A stretch of 64,000 bases of DNA from Leptolyngbyaceae cyanobacterium (lineage in GTDB: Bacteria > Cyanobacteriota > Cyanobacteriia > Phormidesmidales > Phormidesmidaceae). Below are positions 1 to 10,800 of this stretch, piece after piece. The translations under genes were made by a program, and so were the position numbers. The notes beneath the pieces are model-generated. The model was given only the letters and a program-made list of their open reading frames with translations. It searched no databases and was not told the origin of the DNA. The first letter of the stretch is position 1; the number at the start of each line of letters is the position of its first letter. The DNA lies in NCBI GenBank assembly GCA_050331235.1, contig JBHJHA010000053.1, positions 5,529 through 69,528 of the forward strand, given 5' to 3'.

Positions 1-211
1 CTTCATCTGAAGTGAAATCGAGCGCACTGGACTCGTCTGTCAGAGCCGTTGGCACCATCGTCAACACGGCCGTTTCAGCCAAATTAGGCAACCCAGCAAC
101 GGTTTCGACAGCTTTGAGGGATTGGGGCCGAGGAAATACCAAGACCAACGTCGCGAGTAACGCCACCACACTCAATCCTTTCCACCAATACCCACGACTC
201 TGCATCGGCAT
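1..211 (-). CDS. 5' part of a membrane/secreted protein gene running off the left edge (first 70 codons visible)
   Basis: Reverse strand is open from ATG (211-209) to position 1: MPMQSRGYWWKGLSVVALLATLVLVFPRPQSLKAVETVAGLPNLAETAVLTMVPTALTDESSALDFTSDE. It has a hydrophobic signal/TM-like segment and a GGAAGGAG Shine-Dalgarno (227-220) 8 nt upstream. It is not in the ORF track because there is no stop in the window. It competes with track ORF 12..272(+), which has no RBS. Confidence 0.55.
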   Translation of the reverse strand, partial: MPMQSRGYWWKGLSVVALLATLVLVFPRPQSLKAVETVAGLPNLAETAVLTMVPTALTDESSALDFTSDE

Positions 212-328
212 GGCTGCCACTCCTTCCAATCTGTTTACGCCACAACGACGACTATTTGCCACCTTCCGCTAATTGTGCCGAAGACTCTGGGGGCGATCAC
301 ACTTTTAACAATTATTTTTCTGCAAAAT

Positions 329-838
329 TTACCAAGATGACCATCGATCCAAGGCTCGTTTGCCGCCCCACCGGGCTACGATTTCATCATCATAGTTGTC
401 GGCAAGGCGTACTACTGTAGTCACTGAATACTTGAGCTCGATTTGATCACAGGTTGACCCGACTAAACTGTGTTCAAAGACGATGTCGTCTTCAGAGTCA
501 AAGGCAAATCGACCAAATCGAATGCCGTTATTTTCCCGCAATAGGTAGTAGGAGAGCTCTGGCGTTACCGTGATGTCAGTGACCACATAAGACCGCGTGG
601 TGATCAGCGCGTCGTTTTCTTCCCAGGGCATGACTCGAGTGGAGGCTACCGCCGAGCCAAAGTTAACCACGAACAAAGGCTCGTCATCAAATACGACAAC
701 ACTGCCACCGAACAAATTATGCATCCAGGGGTCAATCCGCTTGTAGCAGGCCTCTTGAGCAGTCGTCTGAAATTCCATTCCACCCGATAATTCGTAAATC
801 AGTCCTAGTTTGCCTATTTTGGCATTGATAGGGGACAC
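329..838 (-). CDS. YbjN-like (putative sensory-transduction/chaperone-like) domain protein
   Basis: 169-aa ORF. Overall pattern (FVVNFGSAVASTRVMPW..., YLLRENNGIRFGRFAFD, VFEHSLVG) resembles the YbjN/T3SS-chaperone-like family as I recall it. The start could also be the internal MEFQ. Confidence 0.55.
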   Translation of the reverse strand: MSPINAKIGKLGLIYELSGGMEFQTTAQEACYKRIDPWMHNLFGGSVVVFDDEPLFVVNFGSAVASTRVMPWEENDALITTRSYVVTDITVTPELSYYLLRENNGIRFGRFAFDSEDDIVFEHSLVGSTCDQIELKYSVTTVVRLADNYDDEIVARWGGKRALDRWSSW

Positions 839-913
839 TCTGATAGACGCTTGTGGTTTGCCTAGGTTGCTGTCGTCTTTCAGTATCGTAGAAAAAAAGG
901 TCTTGAGCCGAAG

Positions 914-2371
914 ATGTCCTTGCCTGAGCCCGCTGCTGATAATACAGAGTTTGACTTGGCTACCGAGTTAGACATGGTGATTGCCGAGTTTGAAGATTTG
1001 CAATCAGAATTTACTTATGGTCAGGCAAAAGGTGCTCTGCAGGCGATTTGGGAACGGCTCAACTTGACCCCGCGGGAGGCGGCTGAACTCGAGTCAGAGG
1101 TCACCCAGTTGACTCAACTGCGGCAAAAGCTTGATCAGGCAGTGGTCCAAATTGCGGTTTTTGGGTTGGTTGGACGGGGTAAGTCTTCGCTGTTGAATGC
1201 CCTGGCCGGGGCACCAATTTTTGCCACTGGGCCTACCCATGGGGTTACTCAAACAGTTGAATCAACCCAGTGGCAGGTTGAGCCAGCCGCCCTGGGCGAT
1301 CGCGTCAGCCTGCAGCAGGCTGTGGTTCCTGGTGTGGGCCAGTCTCGCATTGAGCTTATTGATACGCCGGGCTTGGATGAGGTCAATGGCGAACTGAGAT
1401 CGCAGCTGGCTCAACAGGTGGCAACCACCGCTGACCTGATTTTGTTTGTGATTGCGGGCGATATTACCCGGGTTGAATATGAAGCGCTGGTGCAGCTCAG
1501 AGCCGCCAGCAAGCCGATGTTGCTGGTCTTTAACAAAATTGATCAATATCCAGAGGCCGATCGCCAATCGATTTATACCGCCTTGGTCGATCAGCGGTTG
1601 CGCGACCTGATCTCGGCCGATGAAATTATCATGGTGTCGGCGGCCCCTTTGGTTGCCGTCGCGTCACCTCCAGAGGGTGGTCGCCGCCGCCCCACACTAC
1701 AGCGTGGCGCGCCCCAGATAGAACTCCTCAAACTTAAAATTTTGGAGGTTTTGCAGCGGGAGGGCTTGGCGCTGATTGCGCTGAATAGCTTGCTCTATGC
1801 TGATGAGCTAAATGAAACTATCGTGCAAAAGAAGCTCGAGATTCGCGGTCGGGCGGCCGACGATGTGATTTGGCGGAGCGTCATGGCTAAGGCGATCGCC
1901 GTAGCCGTGAATCCGGTCACTGTTTTAGATGTGCTGACTGGGGCCATCATCGACGTGGCGATGATTGTCACTTTGTCACGGCTGTATGGTCTGCCCATGA
2001 CCCAGGGCGGGGCAATACAACTCCTCAGAAGCATCGCGTTAGAACTGGGGGGACTCTCCGCTAGTGAACTGCTTGTCACGTTGGGGCTCAGTTCCCTGAA
2101 AAGCTTGTTGGGAGCCAGCGCCTCCGTGACCGGAGGTCTCTCCCTCGCACCGTATACCTCGGTAGCGATAACCCAAGCAGCCGTCGTCGGGGTCGCCACC
2201 TATGGAATTGGGCTGGTGACCAAGCAATATTTGGCGAATGGGGCGACTTGGGGCGACGCTGGCCCTAAACCCGTGGTCGATAGAATTCTGAATAATTTAG
2301 ACGAGGCCTCAATTCTCAATCGGATCAAGGCCGAACTCGTTCAGAAATTAGACCCTAAGGTCAAGCTGTGA
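914..2371 (+). CDS. P-loop GTPase fused to a C-terminal DUF697-type membrane domain
   Basis: G1 GLVGRGKSSLLNAL, G3 DTPGLDE, G4 NKID. The C-terminal half is hydrophobic/glycine-rich (VMAKAIAVAVNPVTVLDVLTGAIIDVAMIV...), typical of DUF697/YcjF-like proteins. Confidence 0.8.
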   Translation: MSLPEPAADNTEFDLATELDMVIAEFEDLQSEFTYGQAKGALQAIWERLNLTPREAAELESEVTQLTQLRQKLDQAVVQIAVFGLVGRGKSSLLNALAGAPIFATGPTHGVTQTVESTQWQVEPAALGDRVSLQQAVVPGVGQSRIELIDTPGLDEVNGELRSQLAQQVATTADLILFVIAGDITRVEYEALVQLRAASKPMLLVFNKIDQYPEADRQSIYTALVDQRLRDLISADEIIMVSAAPLVAVASPPEGGRRRPTLQRGAPQIELLKLKILEVLQREGLALIALNSLLYADELNETIVQKKLEIRGRAADDVIWRSVMAKAIAVAVNPVTVLDVLTGAIIDVAMIVTLSRLYGLPMTQGGAIQLLRSIALELGGLSASELLVTLGLSSLKSLLGASASVTGGLSLAPYTSVAITQAAVVGVATYGIGLVTKQYLANGATWGDAGPKPVVDRILNNLDEASILNRIKAELVQKLDPKVKL

Positions 2372-2383
2372 GCTCTGCCCCAA

Positions 2384-3337
2384 TTAACTAGCCAGGTACT
2401 CTCTGACGTCGCTCCGACGCTTGCGTAACGAGGTCAAAGCTTCTCGTTCAATTTGACGAACCCGCTCCCGCGACACACTGAGGATTTCGCCAATCTTTGC
2501 CAGCGTCATGGTTTTGCCGTCAGTGAGACCAAATCGTAAAGTTAATACCTGACGCTGTTGGGGAGTCAGGTCAACCATTAACCGGTCTAAATCACTCTTG
2601 AGGGAGGATTGTGTGGCGAACTCTTCTGGAGACATGCCGTCATCCTCCAGCAGCTCACTCAGCTCAGTATCTTGATTGTCTCCCACCCGCAGATCGAGGG
2701 AGAGCGGCTGACGGGATTTTTCTAAATAGTCTCGCACCTGCTGGGGCGTCAACTCTAAGGTCTGGGCGATTTCTTCAATCGAGGCGGCTCGGCCATGCTG
2801 CTGCGATAGCTGCCGCTGAACCTTTTTGATTTTGTTGAGCTTCTCCGTAATGTGAATGGGCAGACGAATCGTCCGACTCTTTTCCGCGATCGCCCGGGTA
2901 ATGGCTTGACGAATCCACCAATAGGCATAGGTGGAGAAGCGATAGCCCTTGGTCGGGTCAAACTTCTCAACTCCGCGCTGCATGCCAATCGTGCCTTCTT
3001 GAATCAAATCTAATAGGTCAACGTTGCGCTTGATATACTTCTTGGCCACGGATACAACCAAACGCAGATTGGCTTCGACCATCTTCCGCTTAGCCTGCTT
3101 GCCCAAATGCACCAGAGTCTTTAACTCATCTATGGAGATCTCAGCAGCGTCAGCCCATTCAGCTAACGTCGGCTCTCGCTCAAGCTCATCGGCTAAAGCC
3201 TCTCGATGTTTTTCCAGCGCTGTCAACTGCTGCACCTGCTTACCCAGCAGAATCTCTTCCTCGTGAGTCAACAGGGGCACCCGACCAATCTCCTTGAGAT
3301 AAGTACGCACAAGATCTGTACTTTGGGTTGTCTTCAT
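2384..3337 (-). CDS. RNA polymerase sigma-70 factor, group 2 (RpoD-like)
   Basis: 317 aa. [21 protein letters not shown] (region 1.2), [37 protein letters not shown] (region 2), [16 protein letters not shown] (region 4.2). Confidence 0.92.
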   Translation of the reverse strand: MKTTQSTDLVRTYLKEIGRVPLLTHEEEILLGKQVQQLTALEKHREALADELEREPTLAEWADAAEISIDELKTLVHLGKQAKRKMVEANLRLVVSVAKKYIKRNVDLLDLIQEGTIGMQRGVEKFDPTKGYRFSTYAYWWIRQAITRAIAEKSRTIRLPIHITEKLNKIKKVQRQLSQQHGRAASIEEIAQTLELTPQQVRDYLEKSRQPLSLDLRVGDNQDTELSELLEDDGMSPEEFATQSSLKSDLDRLMVDLTPQQRQVLTLRFGLTDGKTMTLAKIGEILSVSRERVRQIEREALTSLRKRRSDVREYLAS

Positions 3338-3890
3338 GGGAACAAAACTACTAGTAACGCTGATATCAAGCCGCTTAGGCCTAATCCACTACTGCATCAC
3401 GCCTGCTGAAAATGAGAAGGGCAAGGCTCGGACTTAGGCTGTGTAAACTACTGTAACATTTATGAGAGTGTTTCTGCCGTCCCCAAACGTGCGCCTTTAA
3501 TGAAGATTTTAGAGTTTGAATGTCGCCTATGACTTGGCATCATAGCGTTCTGCTGTTCAGGGAAACTGCATCCTAGGTGACAGAAACTAAAACTTAGGAT
3601 TGGTCAGCTATTTAGTGAACGTCTAATCTTCTGCGGCATTTTGTAACGTAGTGTAAACCCGAGCGGCGGTTTCTCGGGCTCTTGATAAGTCCTGGCTATA
3701 GAGAGTATAGGCGATTCGGATGATAGGAGGCGATGGTGGGCAGGCGAGAGTGCGGGCACTTGCGGGCGGACGTTGATGGACCTATCTCAGGTGAGCAAAT
3801 AGATATAAGCCAGTGCTTTAGCGCAGCGACAAAAGTCTCTACAATGCTCTGAGGTGTTTTGATGATTAATATTCGGGCAGGAGATTTCCT

Positions 3891-5705
3891 ATGCGCCTCT
3901 CACAGATGCTGTTTGTCACCCTGCGAGAAGACCCCGCAGAAGCGGAAATTCCCAGTCATAAACTGCTGTTGAGAGCAGGTTACATGCGTCGCATTGCTAG
4001 TGGCGTTTATGCCTATCTACCACTCCTGTGGCGCGTACTGAACAAAATCTCTGCCATCGTGCGCGAAGAGCTAAATGCGACCGGGGCTCAAGAATGCCTG
4101 CTGCCTCAGCTCCAGCCTTCGGACCTGTGGAAAGAGTCGGGAAGGTGGGATACCTACACTAAGGCGGAAGGCATCATGTTTTCCCTGGTCGATCGCCGCG
4201 AACAGGAAATGGGGTTAGGCCCTACCCATGAGGAGGTCATCACGGCGATCGCCCGCGACATGATTCGTTCCTATCGACAGCTGCCGCTCAATCTTTACCA
4301 AATTCAAACGAAGTTTCGCGATGAGATTCGTTCCCGCTTTGGCCTGATGCGCGGTCGCGAATTCATTATGAAAGATGCCTATTCCTTCCATGCGGATGAA
4401 GCCAGCCTGAAAGCAACCTATCAAGATATGTACGGCGCTTACACCCAGATTTTGCAGCGTTGCGGTCTCCAGTTTCGAGCGGTGGATGCCGACTCTGGGG
4501 CGATCGGCGGCTCGGGCTCCACCGAATTTATGGTGCTGGCTGACGCGGGTGAAGATGAGGTGCTGTATACCGAAGACGGTCAGTATGCGGCCAATGTGGA
4601 AAAGGCCGTTTCCTTACCTGTGGAGGCGGTGCCGTCCAACTTTGCGCAGTATGAGAAGCTCGATACGCCCAATACTCCCACAATTGACAGCTTGACAAAG
4701 TTTCTCAAGTGTTCCCCCACCCAGGTGGTCAAAAATGTGCTTTATCAGGTGGTGTATGACACTGGGCGAACGGTTTTGGTCCTGATTAGCATTCGCGGGG
4801 ACCAAGACGTTAATGACACCAAGTTGCAAAATGAGTTGTCGAAGCTAGCAGGGCAATTCGGAGCGACTAGCGTGATTGCGTTAGATGTGCCGGATGAAGC
4901 GGCTCAGCAAAAGTGGGCAGCGCAGCCGCTGCCATTGGGCTATATTGCTCCCAATCTGTCGGACGATTACATTCGAGCGGAAGGTCAGACTATAGAGCCC
5001 AAATTTTTGCGCTTGGTAGATCATACGGCCATTGATCTGTCCAACTTTGTAACAGGCTCGAATGAATCGGGCTTCCATACTGTCGGGGGCAACTGGGGCC
5101 AGGAATTTGAGCTGCCATCGTTGCAAGTAGACGTACGAGAGGCTAAGGCAGGCGATCGCGCCGTCCACGACCCCACCCAGGTATTACAGACTGCCCGGGG
5201 GATTGAGATTGGCCACATCTTTCAACTGGGGCAAAAATATTCCCGGGCCATGGGGGCAACCTACACCGCTGAGTCTGGGGAGGAGGTGCCGTTGTGGATG
5301 GGCTGCTATGGCGTGGGGGTCTCCCGCTTAGCGCAATCAGCCGTGGAGCAATCCCACGATAAAAATGGGATTATCTGGCCGATCGCGATCGCGCCTTACC
5401 ATGCCATTGTGTTGGTGCCTAATGTCAGCGATGAGACGCAAATGGCCATGGCCGAAAAGCTTTACAGCGAGCTCAATACGGCGGGGATAGAAACCCTGCT
5501 AGACGATCGCAATGAGCGGGCGGGGGTCAAGTTCAAAGATTCGGAACTCGTCGGCATTCCGTTCCGGATTGTGACTGGGAGGTCGCTGAAAGATGGCAAA
5601 GTCGAAGTGGTACAGCGGGCTACCGGTACCTCCCAAGAGCTGGCCATTGCCGACGTAGTCCCAACGCTGCAAGCGTGGATTGCTGAAGCGATCGGTTCCC
5701 ACTAA
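3891..5705 (+). CDS. proS: Prolyl-tRNA synthetase
   Basis: 604 aa. Class II motifs ([25 protein letters not shown]; [10 protein letters not shown]), an editing-domain insert and a C-terminal anticodon-binding domain. Confidence 0.95.
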   Translation: MRLSQMLFVTLREDPAEAEIPSHKLLLRAGYMRRIASGVYAYLPLLWRVLNKISAIVREELNATGAQECLLPQLQPSDLWKESGRWDTYTKAEGIMFSLVDRREQEMGLGPTHEEVITAIARDMIRSYRQLPLNLYQIQTKFRDEIRSRFGLMRGREFIMKDAYSFHADEASLKATYQDMYGAYTQILQRCGLQFRAVDADSGAIGGSGSTEFMVLADAGEDEVLYTEDGQYAANVEKAVSLPVEAVPSNFAQYEKLDTPNTPTIDSLTKFLKCSPTQVVKNVLYQVVYDTGRTVLVLISIRGDQDVNDTKLQNELSKLAGQFGATSVIALDVPDEAAQQKWAAQPLPLGYIAPNLSDDYIRAEGQTIEPKFLRLVDHTAIDLSNFVTGSNESGFHTVGGNWGQEFELPSLQVDVREAKAGDRAVHDPTQVLQTARGIEIGHIFQLGQKYSRAMGATYTAESGEEVPLWMGCYGVGVSRLAQSAVEQSHDKNGIIWPIAIAPYHAIVLVPNVSDETQMAMAEKLYSELNTAGIETLLDDRNERAGVKFKDSELVGIPFRIVTGRSLKDGKVEVVQRATGTSQELAIADVVPTLQAWIAEAIGSH

Positions 5706-5750
5706 GTTATCGAGACCGTTGCCCATCGGTTTATTGGGAAGAGCAGATTG

Positions 5751-6551
5751 ATGGAATGGATCACAATTATCCTGTCAAGTTTATTTACGCTGTTTTCTCC
5801 CGTCGGGTTGGTGGCAGACCAAGTCGCGGAGGGGGTGATCCGCGATCGCATCTACCAGGCAGATCTCATTGATGTGCGAATCGACAACACGCCCAATTTT
5901 CAACTGGTGGGGGGCCGGGTTGACCGAGTGCGCCTCGCAGGGCGGGGGGTGTATCCGGTGCCAGAGCTGCGCATTGACACCCTCGATTTGGAAACGGACC
6001 CGATTGACATCGATTTGCCGGCGCTGCAAGCGGGCAAGTTTGCCCTGGATGAGCCGATTCAAGCGGCTAGTCACTTGATTTTAAAGACCGAGGATCTGAA
6101 TGTCCTCTTGCGGTCGGAGCGGGTGCAGAGGTTGCTCAATACGCTCCGCTTTGAGCTGCCGGGGGCCTCCGAGCGGGAGAAAAATCGCTATGGCTTTAGT
6201 AACCCGCAGATTGAATTTTTGCCAGGCAATCGGGTGCGGGTCTCTGTTGACATTAACGACCTTGTGCAGCAGGAACAGGTGGCCGCGATCGTCGAAACCG
6301 GATTGCAGTTCGTCGATGGACACCAACTGCAACTAGTTGAGCCCACCGTGATGATTGACAATCAGCCCGTACCTCGCCAGCTTGTTGAGTCGTTTGTAGT
6401 GGGCATCAACTCGGAACTAACGCTCAAGCAGTTTGACGACTTGCAGGTTGTCGCTCGAGTCCTCAATTTTGAGTTGCAGCCAGAAGCGCTAGATTTGGTT
6501 TTTTATGTGCGGGTCGATCCGAGCTCGCCGCTACTACAATTTGAAAATTAG
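5751..6551 (+). CDS. DUF2993 (LmeA-like) family protein
   Basis: N-terminal TM segment followed by the repetitive beta-rich pattern typical of DUF2993. The track start at 5748 is TTG; ATG follows immediately at 5751. Confidence 0.65.
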   Translation: MEWITIILSSLFTLFSPVGLVADQVAEGVIRDRIYQADLIDVRIDNTPNFQLVGGRVDRVRLAGRGVYPVPELRIDTLDLETDPIDIDLPALQAGKFALDEPIQAASHLILKTEDLNVLLRSERVQRLLNTLRFELPGASEREKNRYGFSNPQIEFLPGNRVRVSVDINDLVQQEQVAAIVETGLQFVDGHQLQLVEPTVMIDNQPVPRQLVESFVVGINSELTLKQFDDLQVVARVLNFELQPEALDLVFYVRVDPSSPLLQFEN

Positions 6552-6661
6552 GATGACAACGATCGCTTTGACGGCTGCGTGAGCTCCGCAAAGTGTCATA
6601 GTCAAGGTCAGGTAGGCCAGCGAAAAATGTCAGGCTATGGATAGCATTGAGGGCTTGAGTG

Positions 6662-7351
6662 ATGGAAGACAAAACGCCTCGACAGCGACCACCCTTGGGG
6701 GTTGTGATTGCGCTAGTGGCGATTGCCCTGAGTGCTGGTAGCGCTACCGCCTGGTTTACTTGGCGAGCGATTTCCCCCCCCGAGCCGCTGGCCGATTTTC
6801 CAGAAATTGAGATCGAAGGCGAGACCGTTCCAGAAGGCTTTGATCCGCCAGTTTCTGAGTCGATTGAAGTTCCCGATCCTCCGGAGCCGGATAGCTCAGG
6901 GGTTCCGCCCCAACCAGGTACTCTCTATTGGCTCTCAACCGACGGCGACGCGATCGCCCTTAACCCGAGCACGGTAGAGGTTCCGGCCGATGCGTCCTCT
7001 GCCGATATCCTTGAGCTTGCCTTTGCTGATCTGATGGGCGGTCCAGAGAGTGCTGGGGCGGCTACGGGCATCCCTGAATCAACTGAGCTGCTGGCACTCG
7101 AGGTTGAGTCGGATGGCGTACATGTCAATTTGTCGGAAGATTTCACCGATGGCGGCGGCAGTGCCTCAATGATTGGTCGCCTCGCTCAAGTGATTTATAC
7201 GGCCACGGCGTTAGACCCGACGGCTGCTGTTTGGATTGACGTTGCTGGTCAACCTTTGACTCTGCTAGGGGGGGAAGGACTAGAAGTCCGGCAACCTATG
7301 ACGCGGACCGATCTCGAAGCTGACTTTGGGGTGACGGCCCCGGCAGACTAA
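6662..7351 (+). CDS. GerMN domain-containing secreted/membrane protein
   Basis: N-terminal TM, Pro/Glu-rich linker, C-terminal GerMN-like segment (LYWLSTDGD...GGGSASMIGRLAQVIYTATAL). The track start at 6659 is GTG; ATG is at 6662. Confidence 0.65.
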   Translation: MEDKTPRQRPPLGVVIALVAIALSAGSATAWFTWRAISPPEPLADFPEIEIEGETVPEGFDPPVSESIEVPDPPEPDSSGVPPQPGTLYWLSTDGDAIALNPSTVEVPADASSADILELAFADLMGGPESAGAATGIPESTELLALEVESDGVHVNLSEDFTDGGGSASMIGRLAQVIYTATALDPTAAVWIDVAGQPLTLLGGEGLEVRQPMTRTDLEADFGVTAPAD

Positions 7352-7410
7352 ACGGTTCCTACCAGGGAATTGCTTGCCCGATGACGTCATCCAGATGTCA
7401 AAGCGTCCGA

Positions 7411-7779
7411 TTATCCGCGATGGCGATAGCTATCAGTCGCTGTTGGGGCTAGGCTAAACGCGCGCATACTTTGAGCCTGTTGCTCAATCCGTGAGGCAAG
7501 GCGATCGCCCACGAGCTGACACAGCTCATAGGTTAGGGTGTCTGTCACCCGATAATAGGCCGCTGTTCCTTCAGTGCGTCGAGATAGCATGCCCGCTTGG
7601 AGCATCACCTTGAGATGCTTTGAGACGTTTGCTTGGCTTGTAGCGGTAGCTGCAACCAGATCTTGAACGCACTGTTCACCATCCCGGAGCAGATTTAAGA
7701 TCCGCAACCGCATGGGCTCGCTCAGGATACTGAAGTAGGCCGCCACCTGCTGAACTACATCGGTGGGTACCGGCTCCAT
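7411..7779 (-). CDS. ArsR/SmtB-family transcriptional regulator
   Basis: LSEPMRLRILNLLRDGEQCVQDLVAATATSQANVSKHLKVMLQAGMLSRR is a winged-HTH signature. It lies 80 nt downstream of cobN on the same strand. Confidence 0.85.
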   Translation of the reverse strand: MEPVPTDVVQQVAAYFSILSEPMRLRILNLLRDGEQCVQDLVAATATSQANVSKHLKVMLQAGMLSRRTEGTAAYYRVTDTLTYELCQLVGDRLASRIEQQAQSMRAFSLAPTATDSYRHRG

Positions 7780-7859
7780 GGGCTTAACTCCGACTGTGTG
7801 TGAAACGATCCCCGCTATTCTAGCAACCCTTTCTCAGCGATTTGCGGGGCGACCTTCTA

Positions 7860-10800
7860 TCACCAGACAGATTCCTGTCGGGATTCCACCGCGGCTTCGG
7901 CTGCATGGGCGACCTGTCGCAACTGCTCTAAGGTATCACTGGTCGCCGATTGCCAAAGGCGGCGTTGATGGGCTTCTAGAAGGCGCTCAGCGATGTCCCG
8001 GAGGGCCCATGGGTTGACCTCCTGCATAAAGGCTTGGGTTTTGCTATCCAGAGCGTAGGCGGCGGCGAGCCCGTCATACATGTGATCGGGAACACAGCGG
8101 GTGGTGGCATCGTAGGCAAACAAATAATCAACGGTGGCGGCCATTTCAAAGGCCCCTTTGTAGCCGTGTCGTTGAACACCAGCAATCCATTTAGGGTTGA
8201 TCACCCGGGAACGGTAGACGCGAGCGATTTCTTGGGAGAGCGATCGCACCTTAGGATTTTCTGCCACCGCGTGGTCGCCAAAGTACACTGTTGGCGATCG
8301 CCCAGAGGCGACTTTCACCGCTGCGGTCAGCCCCCCTTGAAACTGGTAGTAATCATCCGAGTCCAGGAGGTCATGTTCACGATTGTCTTGGTTATGTAGC
8401 ACTACCTGCATGGTTTGCAGCCGCGCCTGAAAGGCCTCTGGGGCTGATCGCCCCTGGGCCTGACGACCGTAGGCATAGCTACTCCAGTTGACATATGCCC
8501 GGGCCAGATCGGCCTCATCGGTCCAGTTTTGAGCTTCAATTAAGCCTTGGAGCCCAGCACCATAGGCCCCCGGCTTAGAGCCGAAAATCCGGTAGCGAGA
8601 CCGGGCGATCGCCACAGCAGGGGGAAGCCCCCGCTGTATCCATTCGTGGGCCTCGGTTTGGGTGCTGGCCGCTAGGGGATTGTCGGTGGAGGGTTCGGGC
8701 AGCTGGGCAACTGCTTCGACCGCCTGGTCAAACAGATCAATTAGGTTGGGAAAAGCATCCCGAAAGAAGCCAGACACCCTGAGGGTGACATCGATGCGGG
8801 GGCGACCTAACGCTTGAATAGGCAAGATTTCAAAATCGACCACTCGACGGGAGGGGCCATCCCAAATCGGCTGAACGCCCATGAGGGCAAGGGCCTCAGC
8901 AATATCATCGCCGCCAGTTCGCATGGTGGAGGTGCCCCATACCGACAGCCCTAAGCTCTGGGGATACTCCCCGTGTTCCTGGGTGTAACGCTCAACTAAA
9001 ACCTCTGCGGCCTTGCGCCCCACATCCCAGGCACTCTCAGTTGGAATTGCCCGAATATCAACGGAATAGAAATTGCGCCCGGTGGGCAACACCTCAGGAC
9101 GATTGCGCGTAGGGGCTCCGGCGGGACCGCTGGAGACATAGCGTCCATCTAATCCAGCCAGCAAATTGTGAATCTCTTGGGAGGTCTGCCGCAGGGCTGG
9201 CAGTAGCGTTTGTTGAATCCAGACGAGCTCGCGGTGCAGCGCTGGAGTAGGGGCGATCGCGACTCCCAGGTCGGGACTGGGGGCCGCTATGATTTGTGCT
9301 ACCCATTGTTGAGTCTGCTCCTCCATCACCGCTACAGCATCTCCCTTAGTGCGGCAAGCTGAAAGCAGTGATGCGACGGGGGGAGCGATAGCGGTTGGTG
9401 GCTGCCACGGCTCGCCCAGCTCGTCGGTCAACGGATCGAAGTCGAGCTGCCACGCTTGGGCGATAGCCCGGGAGAGTCCTAGGCGATCGCGGCTCGGATG
9501 GCGGGCGATAGCCACCACCAGGTCCCGCAGTTGCCGGCCTTGGGGGCAGCGCCCAAAGATATGCAACCCATCGCGAATCTGAGCTTCTTTAAGCTCACAC
9601 AAGTAGCCATCCACCAGCGGCAGCCACGTTGTAAAGGTGGTATCGCTAGGCGGACTCGATAAGTCCGTTGCGGTCATGGAGGACTGGATCTGAGGGATTG
9701 CTGGGGCTAGGTCTTGCCAGAGATGGGTGGTTTGTAATAGCGTCAAAATGCGATCGCGAAGTGGCACCAGCCGAGTGGGATCAAGGCTCTGCGCTTCGTA
9801 ATATTCGTCCACCCAGCCTTCGAGCTGTTGTAGAGGGCCATAGAGCTCGGCTCGGGTCAGTGGCGGCGTCAGATGATCAATAATCACTGCCTGCGCCCGA
9901 CGTTTGGCCTGGGCTCCCTCCCCCGGATCATTCACGATGAAGGGGTATAAATGGGGCATCGGTCCCAGGGCCACCTCGGGGTAGCAGTCAGCGGAGAGGC
10001 CCACGCCTTTACCAGGCAGCCACTCTAAGTTGCCGTGCTTGCCCATATGGACGACTGCTTGCACCTGGAAAGTCTGCCGGAGCCAACCGTAAAAAGCCAA
10101 GTATGCATGGGTGGGCACTAGGTCGGGGGCGTGGTAGTTCAGCGATGGATCGCGATCATATCCCCGGCTTGGTTGAATGCCCACGAACACATTCCCAAAC
10201 TGCAGGCCAGCGATAGGCCAGCTAGCGGTGGTCAGTGCCGGATAGCGCGATCGCTCTGCCGCTGGGGTGCCCCACTGCTGCTGCACAGCCTGTTGGACCT
10301 CATCCGACAGGGTTTGCCAAAACGCCTCGTAGGCCGATGGACTGAGGCATTGTGCTGTTGGTCGCATAGCCCAGCTCTCAGGATCATTGGTCATTTGCTG
10401 AGTCAACCGCTGCATCAGGTCATGACCATCGGTCGGCAGGTCGGTGACGGTGTAACCGGCGGTTTGCAAGGCCCGCAACAGCTCAACGCAGCTTTGAGGC
10501 GTATCTAGCCCGACGCCATTGGCGAGGCGACCATCTCGATTGGGATAGTTGGCCAGGACTAGCGCCAAGCGACGTTGGGCCGGTGGCGTCTGCTGCAAAG
10601 CCAGCCAATTGGCCGCCAAGTCAGCCACAAACTTAAGGCGATCGCCCACTGGCTCATAGGCCACTACATCAGTTTCTAACCGAGTGTCATGGGTAGCGGC
10701 TGATTTGAAGGAAATAGCCCGCGTAATGATCCGGCCATCGACCTCAGGCAGGGCTACGTTCATGGCAATATCCCTGGGCTTAAGCCCCATCGAATTTTGC

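Noticed and set aside
12-272. Track ORF (+, 86 aa) at the left edge.
   Set aside because: No RBS, Ser/Thr/Ala/Asn-rich nonsense-like composition. The opposite strand carries an ORF with a strong GGAAGGAG RBS and a signal/TM-like N-terminus.
3444-3658. Two GTA-N8-TAA motifs (NtcA-like, one mismatch from GTA-N8-TAC) in the sigma-factor upstream region.
   Set aside because: A six-fixed-base motif is expected dozens of times by chance in 64 kb, and no properly spaced -10 (TAN3T) was found.
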